Shown here in pieces: positions 34,011 through 47,579 of a stretch of DNA of 64,000 bases. This DNA is from Raja brachyura. Lineage: Eukaryota. Each line of letters starts with the position of its first letter. Within the stretch, counting starts at the first letter, position 1. Where the stretch lies: NCBI GenBank assembly GCA_963514005.1, contig OY740783.1, positions 24,056,001 to 24,120,000 of the forward strand, given 5' to 3'. The position numbers and the translations under genes were made by a program. The notes under the pieces were generated by a model. That model searched no databases and was not told the origin of the DNA. It saw nothing but the letters and a program-made list of their open reading frames with translations.

Positions 34011-35704
34011 GCTTCCCACTTTCAGGACATGGGAGTTCTTACTTGCAGCAGCACATCAGGTTTGCAAAAATAACAGAACTCAATTAGTCATAGGGTCATA
34101 GAGTCATAGCAGTGTAGAAACAAGCCCTTGGGCCCAACTTGCCCACACTGGCCAACATGTCCCCTAAATAATTCAACAGTTCAATACATTTAAGAAATTT
34201 GTGCAAAGAAAAACCAGTTGGAAGTCCCTAGTGCATCATGGTGGTTCATGGTCCGGAGTTTATTTGGAGTTTGTAGCGTTCAATAGCCTGATGGCAGTTG
34301 GGAAGATGCTGTTCTTGAACTAAGATATTACAGTAGTCAGGCTATTGTATCTTCTTCTTGATTATTCCAATCAGTGTGCAGATTAAAATTACCCAGTCCT
34401 TTTCTTACATGCTTTTGTTCTTTCTTTACCTGTGTCATCTTACTCCCTGTATTCCTTACTTCCCTTGGAACCAATCTCACCTGAATCACTAGTCACCATC
34501 TCACTGATACCTTCCTTGAATAAAAATATTATTCCACATAATTTTCCTTATTGGCTATCCTTTTGGAGTAATGTTCCAAATCCTGGACATTCTGTAACCA
34601 TATCACTGTTACTGCCATAAAATTAAAGTCATTTATTTCTATTTTGCACTGTCATCTTTTTAAACATGCTGCATGTATTCAGATAGCGAGCTTTAAGCTT
34701 TGACTTTTCTTTTACAGTAGAATCCCATTCAGGTTAAATTTTCTGCTGCATGTTCTTGCTTTTAGTCCTGGCATGCTTTGATCTTTCATCCATTCCTTAA
34801 CTAAATACTCTCTCATTCGTTTTTCATCGAATGGACTTCCCATCACTTGAACCTCCTCACTCTACCACCACTGGGAGCAAAAACCTCTCCATAACCTGAG
34901 TTAAATGACACTCCTGAACACAGGTTCCAGCACAAATCAAAAGAAGCCTGTCCCAACGGCTCTCTTTCCCCAGAGATGGTGCCTCGCACATTGGGTTTTG
35001 CTCAAGATCTTAGGGTCGGCAGTTCCCTGTTTCTCTCTCGCACTTTCCCCAGTACTGATGCCAATGTATCATAATAGGGAACCCATTTCTCCTACACTAG
35101 TCTTTGAGCCCTTCATTTTAACCTGTAATCTTATTTACCCTTTGCAAAGTTGCCATATGGCTCAGTTAATAATCCAGATCTTATTAGCTTTGTGGATCTG
35201 TTTTTTTATTTTATTATGCGTTGCTCATCATCTCTCAGCAAAACCTCCTTCATACTCCTGTCTATATTGTTAGTGCCTCAAAGACCATAGCAACTGAATC
35301 CACTCCCTCCCATTCCATCTCCTGCCTTGAAGAAATATTCCAAACACCAACCTTTGGACTTAGAGTCATAGAGTCACGGTGATACAGTGTGGAAACAGGC
35401 CCTTCAGTCCAATTTGCCCACACTGGCCAACACCAGCTACACTAGTCCCATCTGCCTGTGCTTGGTCCATATCCCTCCAAACTTGTTCTATCTCTGTCTT
35501 TGCTGCAGAGTGCAACATTTTACGACCATATTATCATCAATGGCTACTGCATTTCTCTTTAATCCCCGACATGAAGGGCTCTCTGTACCAAAGTCAATTT
35601 GTTCATCCTCCCTGCTGTCCTCACTTTCAGCCAAACTGGGAGCAAGAACCTCAAACCCGATGGACAATTGTAAGGTATGGACAAAAAGGAAGCACTTTGT
35701 GTCA

Positions 35705-36070
35705 GAAGGAACTGCAGTTGCTGGTTTAATCCAAAGATAGACACAATATGCTGGAGTGACTCAGTGGGTGAAATAGCTTCTCTGGAGAGAAGGAAAAGGA
35801 ATATGTGACGTTTCGGTTCGAGACCCTTCTTCAGACTGAGAGTCGGGGAAAAGGAAACGAGAGATATAGATGGTGATATAGAACCAATGAATGAAAGATA
35901 TTCAAAAAGTAACGATGATCAAGAGTCACGAATGGTTCATTGTTGGCTGCCCAAGCAAAATAGTTGCTGTCCCACCAATTTGCGTTTGGCCTCACTCTGA
36001 CAGTGGAGAAGGCCCAGGACAGATAGCTCAGTGTGGGAATGGCAATTGGAGTTAAGGTGTTTGGCAACCT
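35705..36070 (-). mobile_element. Penelope 3' fragment (endonuclease tail remnant + UTR with hammerhead core)
   Basis: Minus strand CTGAAGAAGGGTCTCGAACCGAAACGTC at about 35808-35835. 35975-36060 resembles 32072-32160. Confidence 0.75.
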
Positions 36071-36368
36071 TTGCAGTCACACCTTCCTGTCTATGAACAG
36101 TGATCAAACTCAAGGCAACTGCCCTCCAATCCCGGAAATCGCATGGTGTATAAAACTCATACTCCAGCTCATTGACCCTGAGCTGGTCTGTCGAGCAAAA
36201 TCACATGATGCAGATCGAATCAAGATGAGACATAATAAGGTCCATCAGTTTCCACATGCAGCAGCTACAACAGATCACGTGATTAACCATTTCTATTTAT
36301 TTAGTCAATTATTTTGGATTTAATTTCTTTAAATGTGCAATCTTTAATTGATTTTATTGTATTACATA

Positions 36369-37248
36369 CCAGACCAAGTGGGACCCATTGGGCCAAAGCA
36401 ATAATCCACTACTCAACCGTTCCCCCAACACAACCCGTTTCCACCACTCACCCGTTGCCCCAACGTAACTCGTTCCCTCAACGTAATATTGCACCGCTCA
36501 CCCATAGCCCCCAACTGTGCAGGGGCTGCAAAATTTTGGCACTACCGTGCACCGTTTTGGTGTAGATACAATCACAATCACATACACACACATGCACACA
36601 AGTAAACAAGACAAGACTTTTAATAGTATGCTGTACCGACTGGGACCCGTTGGGTTCCCTGTCACATGGGAGGCCTGGTCACTGAACGCAATCCATTCCC
36701 CCAATGCATTATTCGACAATTCACCCATAGCCCCCACGGGAGGCCTGATCTCCCAATGCAACCGGTTCCCCAACAACCTGTTCCCAAGGCAATATTCCAC
36801 CTCTCACCCATTCCCCAATGAAAGCTGTTCCCCCAATGCAATATTCCAGCACTCACCCATAGCCCCCAACTATGGGGGCTGCTCATTTTGCCTTATTCAC
36901 TCTTCCTCACTTTAAACTGAAAATTCTGTGTACTGTGACTTTAGACTCCCCAAACACTCTCCTGTCTTTTAAAAGTTGCTCGGAGAACAGAGTGTTCTTG
37001 GATGGCAACAATGTTGCAAGGAGAGGCAGCAGGGATTTGGATGCCAAATAACTGCTAAATTAGTTAAAATACAATTTTTAAATTTACAAAATGTGAAATA
37101 ACTTGTGAAATATAATCAATGTGAAGGAAACGATTAGATCGACGACGGAAAAAAGCTGACTGAGGTTCTGCAAAAATGTTTGCGCTACCATGTACTGTTT
37201 TGGCGAATATACCATCACACAGACAGACACACACACACATAGAAACAA
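36369..37248 (-). mobile_element. Two head-to-tail non-autonomous Helitron units (5' end of the second falls in the gap)
   Basis: 3' end CACTTGGTCTGG|T at 36369 with a GGCCCAATGGGTCCC hairpin. An internal 5'-end motif ATACTATTAAAAGTCTTGTCTTG (36607-36629) abuts a second 3' hairpin (36642-36659). Confidence 0.7.
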
Positions 37249-37440
37249 NNNNNNNNNNNNNNNNNNNNNNNNNNNNNNNNNNNNNNNNNNNNNNNNNNNN
37301 NNNNNNNNNNNNNNNNNNNNNNNNNNNNNNNNNNNNNNNNNNNNNNNNNNNNNNNNNNNNNNNNNNNNNNNNNNNNNNNNNNNNNNNNNNNNNNNNNNNN
37401 NNNNNNNNNNNNNNNNNNNNNNNNNNNNNNNNNNNNNNNN
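37249..37440. other. Assembly gap (192 N)
   Basis: Run of N. Confidence 1.
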
Positions 37441-37758
37441 TTACAGGCCTCTTATGCTGCTGCAAGAATGTCATTGTTTCATTGGCATGACGATTAAATA
37501 CTCTTGACTCTTGACTAGCTGTTCTTGTATCACCTGATATTAATTTCTTTGCCAATCAGAAGAGACTGGGAAGAAATGTTCTCCGGGCCCCTACCTACTG
37601 TACTGTAGTGTCATACTTTCATGGTGATAGTTAAATTGTTGGAAGCAATTGTGGTCAGATTGTGAATCATTGCTCTGCCACTAACCCAGTTTCAACTCAC
37701 TCACCAAGCTTTTGTGTCACTGCTCTCTCCAATTGGTTTGTGTTTCCAAAATTCCCAA

Positions 37759-38057
37759 GGGCGGCATGGTGGCGCAAAGGTAAAGTTGCTGCCTTACAGC
37801 ACCAGAGACCCAAGATCGATCCTGACTACGGAGTTTGTACGTTCTCCCCGTGACCGCGTGGAATTTCTCCGTGATCTTTGGTTTCCTCCCACACTCCAAA
37901 GACGTACAGGTTTGTAGATTAATTGGCTTGGTATAAATGTGCAATTGGCCCTATGTGAGTGTACGATAGTGTAAATGTGCGAGGATCGCTAGTCGGTGTG
38001 GACTCAGTGGGCCGAAGGACCTGTTTCCGCGCTGTATCCTTGAATTAAACTAAACTA
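37759..38057 (+). mobile_element. tRNA-derived SINE
   Basis: GGGCGGCATGGTGGCGCA head and (CTAAA)n tail. Confidence 0.85.
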
Positions 38058-39300
38058 AAAATTGTCTTCAAATTCTAAGTGTCTTTGTTCCTTCTCTTTT
38101 AAACTCTCCAGCCTTCTGTTCCTGATCCCTTTGAAACTCATGGAATCTAAAATTTGAAACTTAGTGGGTCCAGCAGCAATTAACAGGGAAGTCCTAAAAG
38201 TCGGGGTGGGATGCAAGGTAATTAGGAGACAAAAGGTATCAATGCTGCCAATAGTCTTTAGCCCAGCTGCAGAGCAGAGAGTTGCGCTTCTAATCCGCAA
38301 CTCCGATCAAAATAGAAAGGGTTATAAATGTATTTCCTTGGGCATGTCTTTCAGTAGTCCTCATAAGTACTGATGGTCAGTCTGCATTTAAAAACAGATC
38401 CAACAGATCTGCCTCCAGCTGCTGTCAGGGCAGACCAGTCTCAGGATGGTTTCTGGAGGCTTCCTGTTTGCTAATATAAAGGGTTCAGTGCACATATCCT
38501 CCTGGGAGTCTGGAATTCAATGCTACAGCTTTCAGCAATAGAGTGGGCAGTGTATCTCCACCATGAAATGTACGTCCACTAACTGCACTACATATTGGGT
38601 GATGAGGTGACCTCTGTCCCCATAAGACCGACGTGGCATTAATCCATTTCCAAGCTATTCTCTGTGCTCCTAAAATTTCCAACAGTTATCCTTGCGATAT
38701 TGTTTAGGTACACATTAATGGTTCACAGCAATGAAAAACATTGATTGGAGATGTTATGGAATTAGGAATCCTGCTTCAAGTTTTACAATTCATGGAACTG
38801 TGCTCTTGATGTACACTGATTCAAGTTTGAAAGGCAGAAAATGGAAAGGGTTAGGTATTGTGATGTGTGCATAGGTATGGTGAAAATATATTGTTTGCCT
38901 GCCATCCAACCAAATCAGATGATACTATACATGAATATTATCCAGCTAAACACATACAAAAGATCGAACAAAGAGAAAAATACCAGATAAAAATACTGTA
39001 AGGCAGCAACTCTACCGCTGTGCCACTGTGCTGCCCAAATATTGACTATTTGGGGCCTGGAGTACAATCACAACAAAGTGACCATTCTCTTTTTATTTCT
39101 CATCTCCACCCATTTAGCCTCACTGGACGATCCCATAATGTGACATCAGACTACTGCCAAGATATTCTTCTTAATCAATAAAACAACCCCCAACCTCCCC
39201 TGACCTCTATCTTGCATGCAACATTTGTATCCTGGAACATTAAGCTACCAGTCCTCTCCCTCCCTTAGACAATGGTCAATAGACAATAGACAATAGGTGC

Positions 39301-41171
39301 TCGTTCATTCGTTCATGTGTCAGACAACATTCTGCCATCGCTTTGCCACAGCCAGTGCCACATCTGTGCCTCTGCAGAGATCATCCGGAGTGCATGCCTC
39401 TCCACTGCGTCAGTAAATGGGCCATAGTCTGTACCTATCCACAGTTGCACTTGTCAGAGTTCGAGAGGCCCCACTTCTTCAGTGTCACCAACGTCCAACT
39501 CCAGTGCGGAGGCGGTTTAGGGCTTTCCAGGTAGCATAAGGCAGGTGGTGTCCTGGTGCCATCTGTTGTTTGGGTTTGGTGCCTGGTACGGTTGGCTCTA
39601 GTTCCATGAAGCTTTTCCGACTCTTCAGCCGTTTCTTGGCATGTTGGTGATTGTGCAAGGGGTAGCGGGGTCTGTGTCCGCATTGAAGCGTTCTGCAGCA
39701 GCTGCCCGATCACGTCTTCGATATGTTTCGTCGATGCCTGCCAGCTCATACAGATGTTCAACCTTTGTCGGGTTCAGGCATCCTATGGTTTTCCTGCAGG
39801 CAGTGTTCAATGCAGAGTCCATGTGCGCATGTTCAGAGCGGCTACAGACAGGGCTTGCATATTCTGCCACTGAGAAACAGAGCGCCAGGGCTGCAGTGCG
39901 GATTAATGTTGGGTCATTTCCAAATGAGCTGTTTGCCAATTTGTCGATGACATTGTTCCGGGTGTTGAACTTTGCTTTGGTTTCCTCAACATGTTGTCGA
40001 TATGATAACGTGCGATCGAGGAACACACCTAGGTACTTTGGGGCTTTGCAGTGTTCCAAGTGGACATCATTCTATCGCACTTGTTGTTGACGTTTCGCAT
40101 CCCGGTTCCGGAGGTGGAAAGCTGTGCTTTGCGTTTTTGTTGGGTTTGGGCGCAGGGAGTTCTGTTGGTAGTATGTTGTCATATTCTGCAGAGCAGCCTC
40201 TAGTACGGTCTCAATTTGTCTGAAGTCTGAGGATTGCGTTGCGATGCATAAGTCATCAGCATACAGAAACAACCTAGTTTTCAGGGTGATGGGTTGGTCA
40301 TTGGTGTATATAATGAACAACATTGGGGCAAGGACACTGCCCTGCGGTAGACCATGCTTTTGACATCTCCAACGGCTGTTCCGACCATTCAGGCATATGA
40401 AGAAGCAAGCGGCGGTTCCCCATCATTGTCATGATGAACTGGACAAGATGAGAGTCCTGTAGTGTTTGTTGCAGTTTGGATTTCATGGTATGGTGGTTTA
40501 CAGTGTCATATGCTGCGGACAAGTCTACAAATACTGTACCTGTGATCAGCTTCCCCTCAAAGCCATCTTCAATGTGCTATGTGAGGTTCAGCAGTTGTCC
40601 TGTTGTTGCGGAATCCAGCCTGTTCAGGTATCAAAACATCGTCTACATCCAGTGTTATGCGGTTCAGTGTGCATCTTTCCATCAGTTTGTATGGGTGGCA
40701 CAGCAGGGATATAGGCCGGTAGCTGCTGGGAAGATTGGCATCTTTGCCTGGTTTTGGTAAAGCAACAACCCTGGATTTCCGCCAGACTCGTGGAATGTTA
40801 AACATCTCCAGCAACCATTCTCATGCTCTGGGACCCAGATGTTGCAGCATTTCAGTTCTGATGTTGTCTAAGCCAGCTGCCTTGTTAGGTTTCATCACAT
40901 TCAGGGCTTTGTTGAGTTCGTCCATGGTGAAAGATTGTATGTACCATCCGTCGTTTCGATTGTTGTCATCAAGAACCTTTGGGGGCGGAGGTTTCTTACC
41001 ACTTCTCTTGCCGTTTAGCAACAACTGGTGTGCAACCTGGTTAGCAGTCACATTTCCACGTGGTTTACTGTGGGTGGGGTCATTACCGACACGTCTCAGT
41101 GTCGCCCAAGCCTTCCTGCTGCTGTGTCGTAGGTCTGTGGTTTCTATTAGCTCCTGCCATTGTCTGCGTTT
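39301..41171 (-). mobile_element. Vingi/Ingi-like (I-group) non-LTR retrotransposon, 5'-truncated, frameshifted RT
   Basis: Fragments LPKPGKD..YRPISLL, LSAAYDTVNH, YTNDQP..YADD, KYLGVFLDRTLSY, IRTAALALCFSVAEY and C-terminal KWG..CNCG..QTMAH. No RNase H. (ATGAACGA)n tail. 7-bp TSD TAGGTGC at 39294-39300 and 41172-41178. Confidence 0.8.
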
Positions 41172-41673
41172 TAGGTGCAGGTGCAGGAGTAGGCCATTAG
41201 GTGCAGGGGTAGGCTATTTGGCCCTTTGAGCCAGCACTGATATTCACTGTGGTCATGGCTGATCATCCATGCTTTTTTATAGCCATCTTTCTGTAATGGC
41301 TATAAAGTAGTCAGTTGCATGTACCTATCCATTTCACTAACCATGCCCTGAGTTCATCCATCTTACCTGTCAGGCTTCTTACAGTGAAATAAATGCAATT
41401 TAATTGAACATTCTTTCCTCGCTCCCTGCCTACCCAGTTTCTATTCACTTTCTTCATTTCACACTGTGCTGATCCATTCCTCAGACATTACCTTGGGTAA
41501 CCCATCAACAGCACCTCAGGAAAGCCATTTGGAAGCTCAAAGAATAGAGTCTCACTTCATGAAGTAAATTAACAGAGCATGGCATGTTATTTAGTTCTTC
41601 TATGTTTGATTGATTTTCACAGAAAACCCGCAACCGCCTTCCTGGTGTTTAGTTCAGTTTGGAGATACGGCAC

Positions 41674-44600
41674 AGAAACATAGAAACATAGAAACATAGA
41701 AAATAGGTGCAGAGTAGGCCATTCAGCCCTTTGAGCCAGCACTGCCATTCAATATGATCATGGCTGATCATCCAACTCGGTATCCTGTACTTGCCTTCTC
41801 TCCATACCCCCTGATCACTTTAGCCACAAGGGCCACATCTAACTACCTCTTAAATATAGCTAATGAACTGGCCTCATCTAGCTTCTGTGGCAGAGAATTC
41901 CAGAGACTCACCACTCTGTGTGAAAAATGTTTTCCTCATCTCGGTCCTAAAGGAATTCCCCTTATCCTTAGACTGTGACCTCTTGTTCTGGACCTCCCCA
42001 ACATCGGGAACAATCTTCCTGCATCTAGCCTATCCAACCCCTTAAGAATTTAGTACGTTTCTATAAGATCCCCCCTCAGTCTTCTAAATTCTAGCGAGTA
42101 CAAGCCAAGCCTATCCAGTCTTTCCTCATATGAAAGTCCTGAAATCCGAGGAATCAGTCTGGTGAACCTTCTCTGTACCCCCTCTATGGCAAGAATGTCT
42201 TTCCTCAGATTTGGTGACTAAAACTGTACGCAATACTCCAGGTGTGGTCTCACCAAAACCCTGTACAACTGCAGTAGAACCTCCCATACTCAAATCCTTT
42301 TGCTATGAATGCTAACATACCATTTGCTTTCTTCACTGCCTGCTGCACCTGCATGCCTACTTTCAATGATTGGTGTACCATGACACCCAGGTCTCGTTGC
42401 ATCTCCCCTTTTTCAAATTTGCCACCATTAAGATAATTGTCTACCCTCCCGTTTTTGCCACCAAAATGGATAACCTCACATTTATCCACATTGTACTGCA
42501 TCTGCCATGCATTTGCTCACTCACCCAGCCTATCCAAGTCACCTTGCAGCCGCCTAGCATCCTCCTCACATCTAACACTACTCCCCAGCTTAGTGTCATC
42601 CGCAAACTTGGAGATGTTGCATTCAATTCCCTCGTCCAAATCATTAATATATATTGTAAATAGCTGGGGTCCCAGCACTGAGCCTTGCGGTACCCCACTA
42701 GTCACTGCCTGCCATTCTGAAAATAACCCATTTACTCCTACCCTTTGCTTCCTGTCTGCCACCAAGTTCTCTATCCACATCAATACTGAACCCCCAATAC
42801 CGTGTGCTTTAAGTTTGTATACTAATCTTATATGTGGGACCTTGTCGAAAGCCTTCTGAAAATCTAGATGTAACACATCCACTGGTTCTCCCTTATCCAT
42901 TCTACTAGTTACATCCTCGAAAAAGTCTATAAGATTCGTCAGACATGATTTACCTTCCATAAATCCATGCTGACTTTGTCCAATGATTTCACCACTTTCC
43001 AAATGTGCTGCTATCCCATCTTTAATAACTGACTCTAGCAGTTTCCCCACTATCGATGTTAGACTAACTGGTCTGTAATTCCCCTCCTTTTTTAAAAAGT
43101 GGGGTTACATTAGCTACCCTCCAATCCTCAGGAACTACTCCAGAATCTAAGGAATTTTTGAAAAATGATCACTAATGCACCACTATTTCTGTGGCTACTT
43201 CCTTGAGTACTCTGGGATGCAGACTATCTGGCCCTGGGGATTTATCGGCCTTTAAACCATTCAATTTACCCAACACCACTTCCCGGCTAACCTGGATTTC
43301 ACACAGTTCCTCCACCTTATTTGACCCCCGGTCCGCTGCTATTTCCGGCAGATTATTTATGTCTTCCTTAGTGAAGACAGAACCAAAGTAGTTATTCAAT
43401 TGGTCTGCCATGTCCTTGTTCCCCATGATCAATTCACTGACTGCAAGGGACCTACATTTGTTTTAATTAATCTCTTTCTCTTCACATATCTATAAAAACT
43501 TTTGCAGTCAGTTTTTATGTTCCGTGCCAGTTTTCTTTCATAATCTATTTTCCCTTTCCTAATTAAGCCCTTTGTCCTCCTCTGCTGGACTCTGAATTTC
43601 TCCCAGTCCTCTGGTAGGCTGCTTTTTCTGGCTAATTTGTATGCTTCATCTTTTGTTTTTATACTATCCCTGATTTCCCTTGTATTCATGGATGCACTAC
43701 CTTCCCTGATTTATTCTTTTGCCAAACTGCAATTCTTTCCATTGCACATCCACTGTCAACCCTTTAAGAATCACTTACCAGTCTATCTTGGCCAATTCAC
43801 GTCTCATACCTTGAAAGTTACCTTTGCTTAAGTTCAGAACCCTTGTTTATGACATAATTACATCACTCTCCATCCTAATGAAGAACTCAACCATATTATG
43901 GTCACTCTTGCCCAATGGGCCACGCACAACAAGATTGCTAACTAACCCTTCCTCATTACTCAATACCCAGTCTAGAATAGCCTGCTCTCTCGTTGGTTCC
44001 TCTACATGTTGGTTTAGAAAACTATCCCACATACATTCCAAGAAATCCTCTTCCTCAGCACCCCTGCCCATTTGATTCACCCAATCTATATGTTGATTGA
44101 AGTCACCCATTATAACTGTTTTACCCTTGTTGCACGCATTTTTAATTTCCTGTTTGATGCCATCTCCAACTCCACTACTACTGTTAGGTAGCCTGTACAC
44201 AACTGCCACTAGCATTTTCTGCTCCTTAGAGTTTCGCAGCTCTACCCATATCGATTCCACATCCTCCAAGCTAATGTCCTTCCTTTCTATTGCATTAATC
44301 TCCTCTCTCACCAGCAATGCTACCCCACCTCCTTTTCCTCTCTGTCTATCCCACCTGAATATTGGATGTCCCTGGATGTTCAGCTCCCAGCCTTGGTCCC
44401 CCTGGAGCCATGTCTCCGTGATCCCAACTATAGCATAGTCATTAATAGCTATCTGCACATTCAACTCGTCCACCTTATTACGAATGCTCCTCGCATTGAG
44501 ACACAAAGCCTTCAGGTTTGTTTTTACAACACTCTTACCTTATACAATTATGTTGACAAGTGGCCCCTTTTGATTTTTGCTCTGAAAACCCACCACCTCT

Positions 44601-44725
44601 TATTCTCTGTTTATTATTTTTTTCTTCTTTTCCCCCTACATGTTGGGTCTGAGTGCTTCCCTTCTCTGCCTCCTGCCTCAGACCCTGTCTACTAGCTTTC
44701 TCTATTTGAGTCCCTCACCCCAACC
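41674..44725 (-). mobile_element. CR1 LINE with near-complete but disrupted ORF2
   Basis: Endonuclease ORF 43847-44506 (LNARSIRNK, ITETW, GDFN, SDHN). RT ORFs 42517-43050 (DFQKAFD, GVPQGS, FADD) and 42250-42501. (ATGTTTCT)n tail at 41674-41702. Confidence 0.93.
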
Positions 44726-44881
44726 CGCGGGTCGCTCCTCCACCGGTAAGTTTAAAACGGACCTAAAGGTGAGTATTTATTAACCTGAGATCGTTTTGCG
44801 GCACTCTGTTGTGCTTTTTGTTACAGAGGACCCCTGTTTCAGGACCAATCTCGAACCAAGTACAAACGGGCCGCTTCGAGA

Positions 44882-46072
44882 TTGACTGCGGAGGACCGCG
44901 GGAATGCGGGCAGTCAGCAGCGGCCGACTTCTCCAGAGCTGCTCGTTGTACAAACGGCAGCCCCCGACTTGACGCCGCAACAGCCCACAGGAGCACCTTG
45001 GACTGGCGACAAAGCCACCCGGAAGTTGGGCAAGCCCATTGACTGGGCAAGATCCGGGCTCGAAGACTCGCTGCCCGCAGGTAGCGACGGCGGTCGATTA
45101 TCCCGCATGGAGCGGATGGTGGAGCAATTGCTCCAATGTGAGCTACTCCAGCAGGAGTCTGGTCACCGTGGGTCTCCTAGCAGGCCCACGGCAGTACCCT
45201 TTACAGGGCTGCCAAATGTCTCACCCTCTTCGTAGGGGAGCATAAGGAGTCAGGTCTGGGCTGACTCTGAAGAGGGGGATTTGGCAGAAGAAACCAATGA
45301 GCTAGGGTTGCAAGAAGAGGAGCTACTCGGGATGGTGTCCAAGTTTGCGATGCCCTCACAGAAGGACTGCCGTTGCAGCCACAGCTGGTAGCCAGTATAA
45401 ATTACCTAACAACTCATCAGCTACAAGAACAAGCTATGAACGACACAACAGCCAAATATCTAGCTCCAGAAAACTGCATCTCCCTCAACGTGTCTGCGGT
45501 AAATAACCCCATCTGTGGAAATATCAGTCCTGGCATTAGGAGCCAGGAAGTTAAAATGCAGAAAATCCTGAAACTATTGGCCTCTGGTATTACAGTTTTT
45601 GCCAGGTCAGTAGACCGGAAAGATATGTCAGAGGAGCAACAGGATGCTCCTGTACAAATTTGAGATCAACCGTTTCAGGAAGAGTGTCATCCGACCTACA
45701 CTAAACCCAAAGTTCGTGGGGTTGTGTAGAACCAGCAGCGCACAGCCGCCTACTCTGTTGTTTGGGGACAACCTGCCCAAACAGGTAAAAGACCTCGACG
45801 AAGAGGCAAAAGCCGTCCTCATGATTAAGGTGCCGGCCGCTACCAGGTCCTCATATTTTCGGCGGCAGCACGCCTATGCATCCACCAGCAGGCTGCGTTA
45901 TCACAGCAAAAGAACAGCTGGTGAAAGCTCGAAGGCCGTACAGCGTACACAAAGGTCTTTTTCAGGCCATGTCCCAGAACGGCCTTCCTGGAAGATGCGC
46001 CAACCCCACACCACAGCGCCTCCACCTCCCAGGAACCAAGGACGGATAAAACCAACACAGCACCACCGGTAA
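44882..46072 (+). pseudogene. DIRS ORF1 (gag-like), disrupted
   Basis: Fragments PENCISLNVSAVNNPI and RKSVIRPTLNPKFVGLC...LLFGDNLPKQVKDL lie directly upstream of RT. Confidence 0.7.
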
Positions 46073-46074
46073 CC

Positions 46075-47578
46075 ATGGAGGTAGGTGGGTCTGGTTGCCC
46101 TCGGAACATAGCATGTGTAACTTCTTCACAAGTTGGGGGAAGATTACACTTATTTAGAGATGCATGGAGTTCTATAACTTCTGATCCTTTTATACTGCAC
46201 AGTATTCAGGGATACAAAATTGAATTTGTTGACAAACTCCTCCTTCCGGTTCAACATGCACCAAGCCGAAAGTTTGTGCTTTCACAAAAAGAGAAAGTGG
46301 AAGGTCATGCGGAACTGTTAAGACTAAATACAAAAGGAGTAATTGAGAAAACCAAACACGAATCTCTTGAGTTTGTATCAAACATCTTCACCAAAAACAA
46401 AAAAGATGGCGGATGCCACATCATTATTGATTTGACACAACTGAATACTTTTGTGCAATACACCCACTTCAAAATGGAAACTTTTGTTACTGCCAAACAA
46501 CTAGTTTCCAAGGGGTACTTCATGGCTTGCATCGATCTGAAAGATGCACACTATTCAGTACCTATTCATGAAGATCACCGCAGATATTTGAAATATATCT
46601 GGATGGGACAGCTATGGCAGTATAAAGAGCTGCCTAATGAACAAACAACAGCCCCCAGACTATTTACTAAAATATTGAAACCAGCATTGGCTTTTCTTCG
46701 GAAACACATTGTCATGGCATATCCCAATGACATCCTAATTGTGGGGAAAACCTTGGAATTGGCTAAATTGGCTGTCACAGCCACCAAGATCCTATTTCAA
46801 AAATTGGGACATCATCCATCCAGCCAAATCCAAGTTCATGCCTTCTGTGACAATGGAATAACTGGGGTTCACGATCGACTCTGCTCATATGACTGTCACC
46901 TTGCCAAAAAGTGACAGACTTGATAGAGGCATGTAACAGCCTTGTTTGTGTCAGTAAACCATCAATTCGGCAGGCTGCCAGGGTAATCGGGAAACTTGTG
47001 GCTGTTTTTCCAGCCACACAATATGGACCTTTACATTACCAACATTTACAAAAATTGCAGCACTCAAACTTCACGCTGGCCATTTTGACAGGCCAATGCA
47101 GCTACCGGCCAAAGCAAAAATACAATTGCGATGGTGGATTAGCAATGTTCGACATTGCTCTAATCCCATCACAGTCACAAACCCTTCGGTTGTGTTACAA
47201 ACTGACGCCAGTGCTCACGGCTGGGGAGCAACTGATACCACCTCCAGTTGTGGTGGTAGATGGAATAAACACGAGTTAACCTTACTTCAGACACTGGGTA
47301 TCAATCATCTAGAGATGTTGGGAGCGTTTCACAGACTTCGGGCTTACTGTTCAGACATGCACCATCTGCATGTTCGCCTACAAATTGATAACACCACTGT
47401 GGTGGCATACATTAATCATATGGGTGGATTTAAGTCGATATCTTGTGATGAATTGGCCAATTCAATCTGGCACTGGTGCATAGAAAGAAACATTTGGATA
47501 TCAGCTACTTACCTTCCGGGTAAGCTCAATACATTGGCGGACACCAGGTCACACATATTAAATGACAACACCAAATGA
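46075..47578 (+). pseudogene. DIRS RT + RNase H, frameshifted
   Basis: VGGRLHLF..W, KKDGG..IIDL..LN, HFKMET, IDLKDAHY and APRLFTK. Catalytic YLDD is decayed to YPND. RNase H motifs TDASAHGWGA, INHLE, IDNTT..YINHMGG and YLPGKLN..AD. Confidence 0.9.
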
Positions 47579-47579
47579 A

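Noticed and set aside
38111-38217. Possible exon (pyrimidine tract + AG, AAG|GTAATT donor)
   Set aside because: Stops in all three frames and no supporting neighbouring exons.
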